NCBI GenBank assembly: GCA_016748015.1
Contig: JAAOMT010000777.1
Span: forward strand, 66,347-130,346
Direction of reading: 5' to 3'
Length of the DNA: 64,000 bases
Source: Geosiphon pyriformis uo1
Taxonomy: Eukaryota; Fungi; Glomeromycota
In this document: piece by piece, positions 1 through 11,390 of the stretch
How positions within the stretch are numbered: position 1 is the stretch's first letter
How the letters are laid out: every line of letters begins with the position of its first letter
The notes under the pieces: generated by a model
Told to the model about the DNA's origin: nothing
Database searches by the model: none
What the model saw: the letters and a program-made list of their open reading frames with translations, nothing else
Program-made: the position numbers and the translations under genes

Positions 1-2289
1 GCAATCTCTGATCTGATCAGAGAATTGGAACTAAAATGGTTCAGCGATAATAATGAAGGTATTATGTCAGAATGTGTGCATAATACTGATGCCGGATTTG
101 ATCTGAGGTATCCAGGAAAAAATGCCATCAAATTGGAACCACATTTATGCATCTGCATTGATTTAAAAATAGCACTGAAAATTTCAGCAACAACAATGGT
201 TCAATTAGCATCTAGGAATAGTTTAGTGAAAAGAGAAATTAATATAAAAGAAGGAATAATTGACATGGGATATGTAGGAAATATTATCACTATGCTACAA
301 AATGACTCAGAAAAGGCCTATATAATAGAGCCCAATGAAAAAATAGTACAGACAATATTCCTGCCTCTGATTAGAGTAGCTCAGTTAGTATTAGTGGGAA
401 AGAAGGAGGAATTAGGAATAACAGCAAGAGGAATACAGGAATTCGGATTGACAAGTAGAGTAAATGTACCAGTCAATATGGCAGAAAAAAAAATTGTTGA
501 CCAAGAAAAAATTATCTCAATGGGTCAAGCAATTTTTATTCCATCATATGGCCAGTACATGATAGAGATAAAGCAGGAAATAAAAAAACAGAATCAGATT
601 TTTGAAGCAGAACTAACCTTTTGTGAATCAGAAGAGATTGGACTCATCAATCTTTATATACCAGTCAAAAATTACAGCCACATCAAAATTCCCATCTACA
701 ATAATACAGGAAATGTCATAGTAATACCAACTGGAACCACCATTGGATACTTAAGCACTGAAATAGAGGATCAACTACCAAGCACCATTTTGAACTTTCC
801 ACAGCTTTGTAGATATGTTGATATCACATCACAAATAATATATAAACAAAGCAAATGTTATTTGCTCCAACCAGAACAATTGGAACAAATAAACATGGGA
901 TACTTAAATCCACTCTAATATATGCAACTTAAGATGTTGCTTAACAATTTCAATGACATCTTTGCCAGTGAAAACAAGTTTGGCCAAACTGACATCATCT
1001 AACATCAGATCAAGACTGAAGATGCAATGCCAATTAAACAAAGAGCATACAGAGTACTACTAGCTAGCCACAAGATTATTTGTCAAGAGATAAACCAAAT
1101 GCTTGAAAATGGGCTAATTCAGCCATCAATGAGCCCATGGTCATCACCAGTAGTACTCGTCTGGAAAAAGAATGAGAAAATCCACTTTTGTGTGGATTAT
1201 AGAAAACTCAATGGAGTAACTTGTGAAAATAGCTATCCCACTCCACGGATCCAAGAATTATTCAATGTTTTCAGTGGAAACAAATGGTTTTCAACATTAG
1301 ACCTGGACAGTAGTTACTAGCAAGTAGCCATGAATCCAGCTGACAAAGAAAAGACAGCATTCACCACCAGAGAAAAAAATTTTGAATTTGAAGTAATGCC
1401 ATTTGGCTTAACCAATACACCAGTCACTTTCCAATGGCTAATGAAAATCATTTATATTGGCTTGTTGTGGAAATCAGTAGTTGTATACTTGGATGACACC
1501 AATGTATTTTCAAAAACATTTGATGATCATCTTCATCATCTTCAACAAGTGTTTGAAAGATTAAGAAGAGCAGAACTAAAGTTAAATGCAACAAAGTGCT
1601 TTTTTAGCAAAACAGAACTAAAATTCTTGGGACACATAGTCAGCAAAAATGGCATCAAAACGGATCCAAAGAAAATAGAGATAGTAAAGAACTTTCCAGT
1701 ACTGACCAATATGACAAAACTGAAATTATTCTTGGGATTTGCCAGCTACTATCAACATTTTATCAAGAACTTTTCCAAGATAGTGCAGCCACTCAACCAA
1801 CTGCAAACCAAGAATACAAAATATGAATGGACAGGAAGTCAACAAAAAGCTTTTGATATTCTAAAAAGAAAGCTTATTTAAGCTCCAGTACTGATCTATC
1901 CAGATTACAGCAAACCATTCATTATTACTACCAATGCATCTAGCCAAGCATTGGGAGTGGTACTATCTTAGAGAGGTCCAGACAGCAGAAAACATCCAGT
2001 AGCATATACCAACAGAGGTTTAACACCAGCCAAAAAGAACTATGGAACACCGGAACAAGAACACTTAGCAATATACTGGGCTGTCATGAAATGGAAAGAA
2101 TACTTGAGCCAGAAGTTTGAAGGGTACACAGATCACAAAGGATTAACATTACTTCAAAAACAAGAATTTGGAAATAAAAGACAGTCAAAATAGAAAATGA
2201 TACTCGCACTATATAATTATACTATACATTATAAAAAGAAAAAAGACAATGGAAATGCTGACGGTTTGTTATGAATAAGACAAATTTAA
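1..2289 (+). pseudogene. pol of element A (dUTPase, dUTPase-like beta region, RT, RNase H), many in-frame stops
   Basis: One frame throughout. DAGFDL / LASRNSL / GIIDMGYVG / RGIQEFG dUTPase motifs; SPWSSPVVLV, FCVDYRKLN, VMPFGLTN, VYLDD; RH TDH and NADGL; ends ...RQI-TAA at 2287-2289. Confidence 0.9.
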
Positions 2290-2350
2290 GAACATTTCAA
2301 CCCAAAAATATAACAAAACCAGAACAATACCAACGAAAATATAACAAAAG

Positions 2351-3733
2351 ATAAACATACAAAAATATCAACAACTGCAACATTATATAAACACTCAATA
2401 GTTCAAGAAAAATTTATCTCAAACAGAATGAAAGAGTATCAAACAACAATTAAAATATTTTATTACTCACCAAAATATACTTTATTGGAAAAATAGAAGA
2501 AATCTAAAGCAACCAATCAGAGTGATCACAGAGCCAGAAAAAGAGACAATATTATTCAACATGCACTCAAATCCAACAGCAGGACACTTTCACAAAGAAG
2601 CAACCATGAAAAAAACCAAAAAAAAATATTATTGGCCATCAATGTATCCAGACATTATTCAATATGTTCAAAATTGTGATGCTTGTCAGTAAAAAGGAGG
2701 TACGAAACCCAATGAACCATTAAGACCAATCAAAGTAGGACAACCATTTGACTGTATTGGAATTGATTTAGTTGGACCATTAACGATCACCAGCAAAGGA
2801 AACAGGTACATAGCAGTAGCTATGGACTATCTCACTAAATGGCCAGAGGCGAAAGCATTTCAAAGAGCGGATGCAGAATCTGTTGCCAAATTTATTCATC
2901 AAGATTTAATTTGTTAACACAGATGTCCAAAGAAATTATTATCAGACCAAGAAACTCATTTTGTGAACAGAACATTAACAGAATTGAGCCAAAGATTTGG
3001 AATTAAGAGACCATTATTATCATCATACTATCCACAAACCAATGAATTAGTCAAAAAATTTAACAGAACATTGTGTGAAGCAATAGCTAAGCTCAGCCAA
3101 GAAAACCAAAATGATTGGGATTTGTTGATATCATCAGTACTATTTGTTTATCAAACAATAAAGCAAGATACTACACAAGCAACACCATTTAAATTAGTAT
3201 ATGGTAGGACAGCAACATTATCAGTGGAAATAGAAGTCAGCACATACCCAACCAAACCAATAACAGAAGAAAATTTCAAAAACACATTGTTGAGAAGAAC
3301 ATATAACTTAATGGAAACATTAGAAAACAAATAACGAAGAGCAGTTGACAACATACAAAGGTCACAAGAAAAACAAAAAAAAAGACATGATAACCAATTA
3401 CCAGATAAACCAGTTGAATTCAAGATTAAAGACAAAGTATTACTATATCATATATAAATAGAAAAACAATGGAGTGGAAAATTGGATCCCAAATGAGATG
3501 GACCATTTCACATAGAAGAAATTCTAGAGAATGGAGCTTACAAATTAAGATTGAATAACAAAATCTTAACCAAAGCAGCACATGGAGATTGACTGAAACC
3601 ATACCACCATATAGCATCATCATTCACCAATAATATTCTACAATTAGAAGTACAGAGAATACTAGTCCAATCAGATAAGATTCTATAAGATCTGGAACCA
3701 ATCATTATTATTGACAACAACATGTCCAATTGA
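2351..3733 (+). pseudogene. stand-alone integrase ORF of element A (start presumed ATG eroded to ATA)
   Basis: MHSNPTAGHF...CDAC zinc finger, IGIDLVGP, LSDQETHF, YPQTNELV core, GPF, C-terminal DLEPIIII. It is in a different frame from RNase H. Confidence 0.85.
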
Positions 3734-3786
3734 TTAACAAAAAAATATATAAAAACATGGTTGACGCGACAGAAAAGATCAGAAAA

Positions 3787-4416
3787 ATGGAAATTATGGA
3801 CAATATCCATTCATTAGCCCAACAAATTTTTCAATTAATCCAACACCAGGAGATGGAAATTACAATCAATCAACAAACCATTTGTTACAAAAATACAGCA
3901 AAGATACCACAAAACAAAGCACAGAAAAGACTTGAAAATGTTGTTAACAAGATCATAACCAAGATAAAATTGGCCATAAAAGAACAACAAATAGTCAAAT
4001 TATACCAAGAACTTACCAGAGAAACTTTGACTTGGTGGATGCAACAATTTCCGAAAAACTATTGTTATTTCCACTTAGAACAACATGTAAATATTCAGAA
4101 TTTGTACGTTGACAAAACAAAATGGTTATTCGACACAACAATACTAAGACAACTAGAATAATTTGTGGGAAAGAACAATCTAATTACACAAGCTTGAGCT
4201 ATTTACTGGCTATATATGGGATTTTAAGACCAACCAGAAATCTTATTCAACACAGCAATAGATACAGTTATGAGTAATCAATTGGAAAAAATGACCAATG
4301 CCCAATTTAAAGAATTACAAACTAAAATAATACAAGTAATACTCGAAAAAGAAGTTCAAGAAATAATTCAAGAAGGGGAATTAAAGGAATAAGATTTTGA
4401 TAGAGCTCAATATTAA
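3787..4416 (+). pseudogene. ORF3 (3' accessory ORF of unknown function) of element A
   Basis: MEIMDNIHSLAQQIF... continues across stops to FDRAQY-TAA at the PPT. Colinear similarity to ORF3 of B and C. Confidence 0.75.
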
Positions 4417-4429
4417 AAGGAGAGAATAA
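4415..4429 (+). other. polypurine tract of element A
   Basis: AAAAGGAGAGAATAA immediately before the LTR start TGTTAC. Confidence 0.8.
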
Positions 4430-4507
4430 TGTTACTTATAGAATATTGGAAATATAGTATTATTAGTCAGTAGATATTAGCCAATCAGATGTAGACATAG
4501 TAAATAT

Positions 4508-4635
4508 GGAATTCCAAGATTCCTCTCAAAGGAATTACAAGATTCCAAGAATTTCAGGATTCTCCAACAAGGAATTGCAGGATTCCAAGAATTCCAGGAT
4601 TCTTGTTGCAAGGAATTGAAGAATTGAGGAATCTC
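4508..4635 (+). repeat. GGAATT/GATTCC-rich degenerate ~40-bp repeats in the U3 region of LTR A
   Basis: aaggaattacaagattccaagaatttcaggatt and aaggaattgcaggattccaagaattccaggatt are repeated upstream of the TATA. Confidence 0.7.
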
Positions 4636-4926
4636 AAATATGTATATATAGCAGTAGCATTAAAAGCAGAAAAAAGAGAATCAACACCAAAAATTCTTAG
4701 CTTAGTTACCACAATTCTCAAATAAATAATTATTTACTATATCAAATTCATTCTTTACTATCAACACTTCATGTTGATAGTAACTGATACTTAACCATAT
4801 TGGAACAATAGCTCTTGATCACAGTTATTGACAGAATACTAACTTGCAAATTATCTTGGCTTATTTCTTAGTTTCTCTTTTATCTTTCTTTGTTTTCTTT
4901 GTTGTCTACTAACTTGATTAAAGGAT

Positions 4927-5239
4927 TTACTCTTGGAAGACTTATGGAAGAATAAAACTTACTTAAAACAATACTTACTCTTGAAGGACTTACAGAGGAA
5001 TAAAACTTACTTAAAACAATACTTACTCTTAGAGGACTTACAGAGGAATAAAACTTACTTAAAATAATACTTACTCTTGGAAGACTTATGGAGGAATAAA
5101 ACTTACTTAAAACAATACTTATTTTTGGAGGACTTATGAAGGAATAAAACTTACTTAAAACAATACTTACTCTTGGAAGACTTACAAAGGAATAAACTTG
5201 CTTAAAACAATACTTACTCTTGGAGGACTTACAGAGGAA
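4927..5239 (+). repeat. 48-bp tandem repeat, ~6.5 copies, inside LTR A
   Basis: Unit TTACTCTTGGAGGACTTACAGAGGAATAAAACTTACTTAAAACAATAC starts at 4927, 4975, 5023, 5071, 5119, 5167 and 5214. Confidence 0.95.
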
Positions 5240-5435
5240 CTGCCATCAGAAAACAGCACTGATATACACTTATGAAGGATATCATACCAGGAGAATTATC
5301 AACCATCAAACTGAGCAAGCAATCAACGAAACTATGGTTTCAGGAAACTACTGATAAACTGTTACCATTAAATTTCTGTTCATTATACAAAAAACTCGAT
5401 TGGAAACCTTCAGATAAAATATCTTCAGATTATCA

Positions 5436-6875
5436 TCATCACCAATTGCTTTGTGCACCAAGTTATGGGTTTGTTATTTACTTGACACTCCAAGAATTCA
5501 CCTGTAATAATGGTTTGTTGTAATCGGGATAAATTAGTATTGGTGCTTAGATAAGCTTTTTTTGTAATATATTAAAAACTTTTGGCCAGGTTTCTGTTTA
5601 CTCATATTTGACATTTTTGGTTTGAAGCTAGTAAAGTGGTTAAGCCAGTTTGGAGAAGTTTTTAATAAAGTGGCAGTAGTAATTTGTGAATTCCAAGAAT
5701 GTTTTTAGTTCTGTCAAGTTAGTTAGTACTAAAAAGTTTTTGACTATTTCAATTTTGTCTGAATCCATTTTGATTTTATTTTTGCTTATAACATGTCTTA
5801 GAAATTTCAATTTTGCTTTGCTAAAAAACACTTGGTTGCATTTAGTTTTAATTTTTTGAACACTTGCTAAAGATAATGTAGATGATCATCAAATGGTCTT
5901 AAAAATACATTGGTATTATCCAAATAAACAACTATTGATTTCCATAATAATTTAGTATAAACAATTTCTATAAGATTGAAATAAGAATTTTGGCAAATTT
6001 TTAATAATATTTTTCTATAATTTTTTGGTCTGTTATTTTTTCAGATAATTAATGTTGATGCTAAATTTTTGTTAAATTATACTTCACAGAAAACACCAAA
6101 TATTACAGATAATTATTTGAGGTGTTAAAACAAATAACAAATCTCTAACTTAATGCTTAATAGCTAAAAATTTTGGTAATTTCTAAAGATTTTAGAGTCT
6201 AAAAGTTTTGGTTGAGTTTTTTGTATAATAAACAAAAATTCAATTAATGGTTTTTTTTGTGAATTTTTTTTTTAGTGTGGTGGCCAATTTATTCTGGCAA
6301 TTATGTCTTTCTGGTAAACTATTCTTAAATTTCTATTCTTGTTTTTAGGTTTTTTACCAGATTATTTTTAATATTAAATACTTAGTACTTAATTTCTTTA
6401 TTAATTAATAAACAACAAAAAATAAAATAAAAAAAATAAAAAAAAATAAAAAAATAAAAATAAAAAATTAGTATCTTATCAATAACCATGATCAAGAACT
6501 ATTGGTTCAATGTAATTAAGTATTGAAGTTTATAAACATAAGTTGTTAATGGTAAAAAAAATGATTAATATTTTTTAATTAAATAATAATAACATAGATT
6601 TGAATGATAATTAGATAATTTTATTAATATTAATATATATATATAATTTGTGTTATATAAAATTTCTTTGAAAAAAATTTTGGAATTGTAAAATTTTGAG
6701 ATCTTGTAATTTCTTAAAAGAAATTCTGAAATTCTAAGATTTTAAAATCCTGTAATTTTTTGAAAAAAATCTTAGAATTCTAAAATTTTGAGATTCTGCA
6801 ATTTCTTTTTACTATGCCTATTTTTGATTGACTATTTTATTTACTTATTATAATTCCTAATTTTTATAAGTAATA
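5436..6875 (-). mobile_element. internally deleted, eroded gypsy relic D (A-related): 5' LTR 6101-6875, PBS ~6081-6098, RT fragment ~5500-5975
   Basis: Minus-strand IVVYLDNTNVF, FFSKAKLKFL, APILIYPDYNKP. PBS TGGTGTTTTCTGTG lies next to an eroded LTR end. LTR blocks match LTR A. Confidence 0.75.
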
Positions 6876-7694
6876 TTATTTTAATATTATTATTAACTAA
6901 AATTTTTTACTAATTGCCAACTTTCTAGTCTTTTTTAAACTAAACTTAAATGTAAAAAATAATCTAATTATACCAGGAAATTTTGAAGAAATTAATGCTT
7001 TCCCAAAACCATTAACACAATAAAAATTTTTTTTCATTGCTATTAACTTATTACCAGAAAATTTCTAAGCACAGCAGAAAGCTTAATATCCAATATGAAA
7101 AATTTTGTCAAATTAAAACTCTATTTTTTTAAAACATATAACCTAATTAATAAAAGTTATTTGGAGTCATTGAACTTAAATTATAGAAACATTAAAATGT
7201 TTTTATCATTACTTAAATTTACAAATAAAGGAGCTTTTAATAATTAACTCAACACATATGTTTCAGTACAAGTTTTCTATAATATAATATTGGCTATATT
7301 CTTATTAATTATTAAAGTATCTAAATTTACATAACTAGTTTCTTTAGCAATTATGTTTTTCATATTTTTTATATTCAATAGATTGTTAATACTACTGGCT
7401 TTGCTACCAACTTTGTTATTTTAAAACACCACTGGTTTTCTATTAAAAACACTAATATCTTCAAAGCTTAAAAAGCCAGTAAACAAATTGATTATATTAA
7501 TATTTATATTAGACTTTTTTGGCTTTTTATAAAATATATTGCAAAAGTATACATTTTTTATTCACTTTTTTTTGGTGCTTAAGCATATTTTCAAACCAGC
7601 TAAATTCAAATTAGAACCACCAACAAAAAAGTCTATTAGTTTTATCATAATAAAAAAAAAAAGTTAGAAAAAATAACTAAAAAAAAACAAAAAG

Positions 7695-7747
<53 letters not shown>

Positions 7748-7800
7748 TTTGTTCAATAATTTTATTTTTGTTATAACCAAAGGATTGATAAGAGAAGAAT
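6876..7800 (-). mobile_element. eroded LINE 5' fragment (5' UTR and ORF1 start) with expanded A-run at ~7680-7743
   Basis: Minus-strand NGFGKALISSKFPGIIR ORF1 motif; 5' end resembles the LINE starting at ~60316. Confidence 0.7.
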
Positions 7801-8029
7801 TTTTTTTCTAAGTATTTTTTTTTGTTTTTATAATAGATAATAATATAATTTTTAATAGATAATAATAATAAAATATCTTTGAAATTTTTTTATGAAAATA
7901 TTTTTTTTTTCATTTAATGAGCGAAGTCCACACACTACCTAGAACTGTACATCAAAGAAATGATCTAAACTAGGTGTGTATCATGCGTTTTCTACATGTA
8001 ACCAGCCACTCGAACCAGTCAGGACAACA

Positions 8030-10397
8030 CTATGCAGTTATAATTACAGAAACTGAAGAGTTTATACCAGAAAAAAACAAGCAAGGTTTACAAAAACCAA
8101 AACAGACACCAAAAGCCTCAGAAATCCCAAGCAATTTGATCACACCAGCTGATAATACTGAAGCCGAACCAGAAGCTGAAGTGTAAACTGAGCCATCCTT
8201 AGAGATCAGGCCACGCTTTTCCATAAAGGTGCGATGTTTAGCATAAACCAACCAAATATCATTCCTAAAAGCTAAGCAAATAGAGCATGCAAAATCAGTA
8301 ACTCTAGCACCAGCAACCTTGGAATTATGAAAGACAGAAACAGCCTCTGAGAACTATCTCTTGAAAACAAAACCCTTAAAAAGCACTGAGGACACCAATA
8401 AATCTGAAGCACAGGTTGACAATAATTGCAATACACATAAAGAGGAAAAAAAGAGACCAGAAAGCTCCTTCCAAGAGAACATGCCAGAATTTAGAATATG
8501 ACAACAGGCTGAGCTATTGACTGAGCAAAAAAACACATAATCCAATACTTCCACCTCCCCACAATACAGACACAAAACACTGGGATAACATCTATTATAA
8601 AGTCATTTTCGAACAGCCATGGAAAGCTGATGGTGTAAAGCCTTCATGAAATAGGTACAAGAATCAGCAGTGCACTTGCTAGTGAAGTTCGTGACCATGT
8701 GCAAATCAGGGTGCCACACCTGAGAAGACCTCAGCCAATCAACATCTGAAAGCAAGCCACCCGCCAGAAAGCCAGAACCAGAACCAATCTCCCAATGTGC
8801 ACAATGGACAGCACAAAAAATATCCCAAACAAAGTACCTAAAATTACCAAACATCATATCACCATCGGCCATCAAAAAATGTTCACTAATGCGTAAAAGA
8901 AGAAACCAATTAGAGAGAGAGGCATTTTCAGCAAGACTGTCAGCACAGTCATTTCCCAAAATGCCAGAGTGGTCTTTCACCTTGTGCCAGCTGACTTTCA
9001 AATTCTTGCCACGAATAATATTCCCAATGTGCCGACACTTGACCCAACACCAATTGCAAAAGTCTGGACACAATAGACCCAACTCTGATTTGCAAGCATC
9101 CAAAGCAGTCTGACTATTCAAAAACAAGCAAACGGAGCGAGATGTTAGTATACACTCTAGAGCCAAAACAATAGCCTACAACTCCACCAAAGTAGATGAA
9201 ACCAGACCACAAACATTGACACCCAAACCCAAATCAATGTTCTCAAAAAAGGCTACAGCACCAGTTCAACAGTCCAGCGTGTCCAAATTTTTCAGAAAAC
9301 CATTCGTATAAACAGACAAACTACCAGAGCCAAATTGAGAAAGACAATCATTGAAAGATATGAAATCACTAGATCCACAAATGTCCAGAGGGCCAACACT
9401 AATTAAAGCCAAAAGAGAGGGAGGCAGACCACTGAGAAACACAACAGAGAGCCCAAACCACTCAGGAACCAGACCACGGGGATTCAGTTTCTTCCACCAC
9501 TTAAAGATGTGCCAGTCGAAAATATCACCACAATGATCCTGAAGCTGATCCACAAAGGCAATGCCATAATGCCAGATAAAAGGCAAGAATTTGAAAAACA
9601 ATGCTTTGCCCAGAACAGCAGTTATAGACATCCCATTACTAAACCAAAAAGTGCTGGCCAAAGAGCCACCCAAAGACAAATTGCATTCAAGAAGAATGCA
9701 AATCATACCTGACAAGAAATTATTGGGAACACTGACATGGATATGGGCCAGTGAACTCAATAAATGAATAAAGCACCAACACAGAACTTGCAAGTCATGA
9801 GACCTGTGACTAAACAATTGACCCAGAATCCCGCAGGAGTTTGCAAAACTAATAAGTGAAGCTACTTTACTTTCAGACTGACACTGTGAGAATGATTTCA
9901 AACCATAAAAGAAAAGATGATAAATTGTGTTACAGGAAAATTGAGAGAAAGACCAAATTTAAGTTTCAAACCCTTGCAAATCAGAGCATTCCACTTGCTG
10001 CACACACTAATAGGGACAAAGCTAAACTGCGTCCTGTAGCTGACAATAGGATGGAAAACAGCCGACACTAGGTACAAGAACTGTTTATCTGAAACTGCCT
10101 TTTTTAGAACCAAATTACAGAAAAAACGAATGTCCAAATGTGCTCTGGCCAAACTAGGCTTAGAAAGGCCATCAGTTGAGAGAAAAATACCAAGATACTA
10201 ATGAGACTTGCCTTTTTTGGCTATAGAAATGGGAGAACCACTAATGAAAAGAGATGGATTGCTAATCCTGTTATTAATAAAAATGGCCACAGTTTTGTTA
10301 TTATTGATTGAAATGTCATTAATCCGAAAAAATTCACTAGCAACATCAAGAATATGTTGAGTAGTAGTCCGACTACTGCCAATCCAAATTGTGTCAT
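8030..10397 (-). pseudogene. LINE L-1 ORF2 3' half (RT C-terminus, RNase H, Cys/His zinc motif)
   Basis: DTIWIG, YLGIFLS; RNH LSVYTNG...NSQTALD...WHKVKDHSGILGNDCAD; CLYCGEVEVLDYVFFC. Confidence 0.85.
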
Positions 10398-11379
10398 TGT
10401 TATCAGAGGTTTTTGGTCTCTTTTCTTGAATGTTGTTGATGCCTGTTTGCTGTGAATTCACGTTTCCAGGAAGTAGTTGGATCTTCAGTAACTGAATTTA
10501 TCTTCAAATTATTTCCTATAATTTGAACTTGCTGGGCTTATGAGTGGAATGGCCAATTCCATGCCAGTTGCTTTATATAGTTATGTTGTAGTAAATGTCA
10601 ACTCTTTCCCAGAAATTGCTTGTCTGAAAGCTCACTAAAAATGTGTAGTTACTTTGCTGTGAAAGTTAACTCTTCTACAGGAATCTTGTCTGTAGGCTAC
10701 CCTAATAATTGTAATAAGAAAAGAAAAGAAAAATAAAAGAAATGTAAAAGAAATAGGATTTTATCAAGGGAAACGTTTTTCTATCCAGGCCTGGAGTTAC
10801 TAACAGTTTACTGAAATTGGTAGCTAATCAATTTCAAAACATTAGTTGAGTTTTGGGGATTTTCCACGTGTACTAATTAAAGAATTTGATTTTTCGAATT
10901 ATTTGATATTTATTTCTTTTTTGTGTGTGTAGGAATGGTTTTAAGTGATAAATCTAAAGTAAGATATATTTTCTCAAAGAGAAAAGCTCTTCTTTTATAC
11001 AACTTGTCATAACACTATTCTATGAACTTGAACTTTGCTATTTTCTACAATTTTGCTGAACTAAAGATACATTTTGGCAAACTACAAGTTATTTCTGTGA
11101 ACTATTAGATATTTTGGTGAACTATCAATTATTTTGGCAAATTTCTACAAATTTTGGTGCACTTTTGAATATTACATAGTTCGGAGTATTGCATGATTGA
11201 TTGTCGCAATTAGGTTACATTTGTGTTGTATACAATTTGGGTTATTAATTAAATAATGATTTTGAACATTTTTGCTAATGTAATAAGTGATAATTTGAAA
11301 CAATAATATATGCTAATTAATGATAGGATTTATAAGATAATTTCATGCTAAATAATATCTCTAATTTCATCTGGTAACA
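10398..11379 (-). repeat. 3' LTR of B (982 bp)
   Basis: Direct repeat of 19283-20244; termini TGTTA...TAACA; PPT (rc GAGGAGGAGATTA) at 11380-11392. Confidence 0.95.
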
Positions 11380-11390
11380 TAATCTCCTCC

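Larger units (their letters stand above)
1..5435 (+). mobile_element. Ty3/gypsy-like LTR retrotransposon A (5' part outside window): dUTPase-RT-RNaseH | integrase | ORF3 | PPT | 3' LTR
   Basis: Consecutive dUTPase, RT (YLDD), RNase H and integrase fragments. PPT at 4415-4429 is followed by TGTTAC. The 3' boundary TATCA (~5435) is inferred from the switch to an opposite-strand RT relic. Confidence 0.9.
4430..5435 (+). repeat. 3' LTR of element A
   Basis: Starts TGTTAC after the PPT; TATA-like TATATATA near 4643; blocks match the reverse-complement eroded LTR at 6101-6875. End coordinate approximate. Confidence 0.7.

Noticed and set aside
4508-4635. Heat-shock elements in LTR A
   Set aside because: GAA/TTC spacing mostly does not fit nGAAnnTTCn.
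4927-5239. CRISPR-like array
   Set aside because: Units are contiguous 48-bp repeats with no unique spacers, inside a eukaryotic LTR, and no cas genes are present.
7680-7743. Long A-run as the tail of a separate retro-insertion
   Set aside because: It maps to the T-rich 5' UTR of a minus-strand LINE (compare ~60380-60420), expanded and homogenised by mutation.
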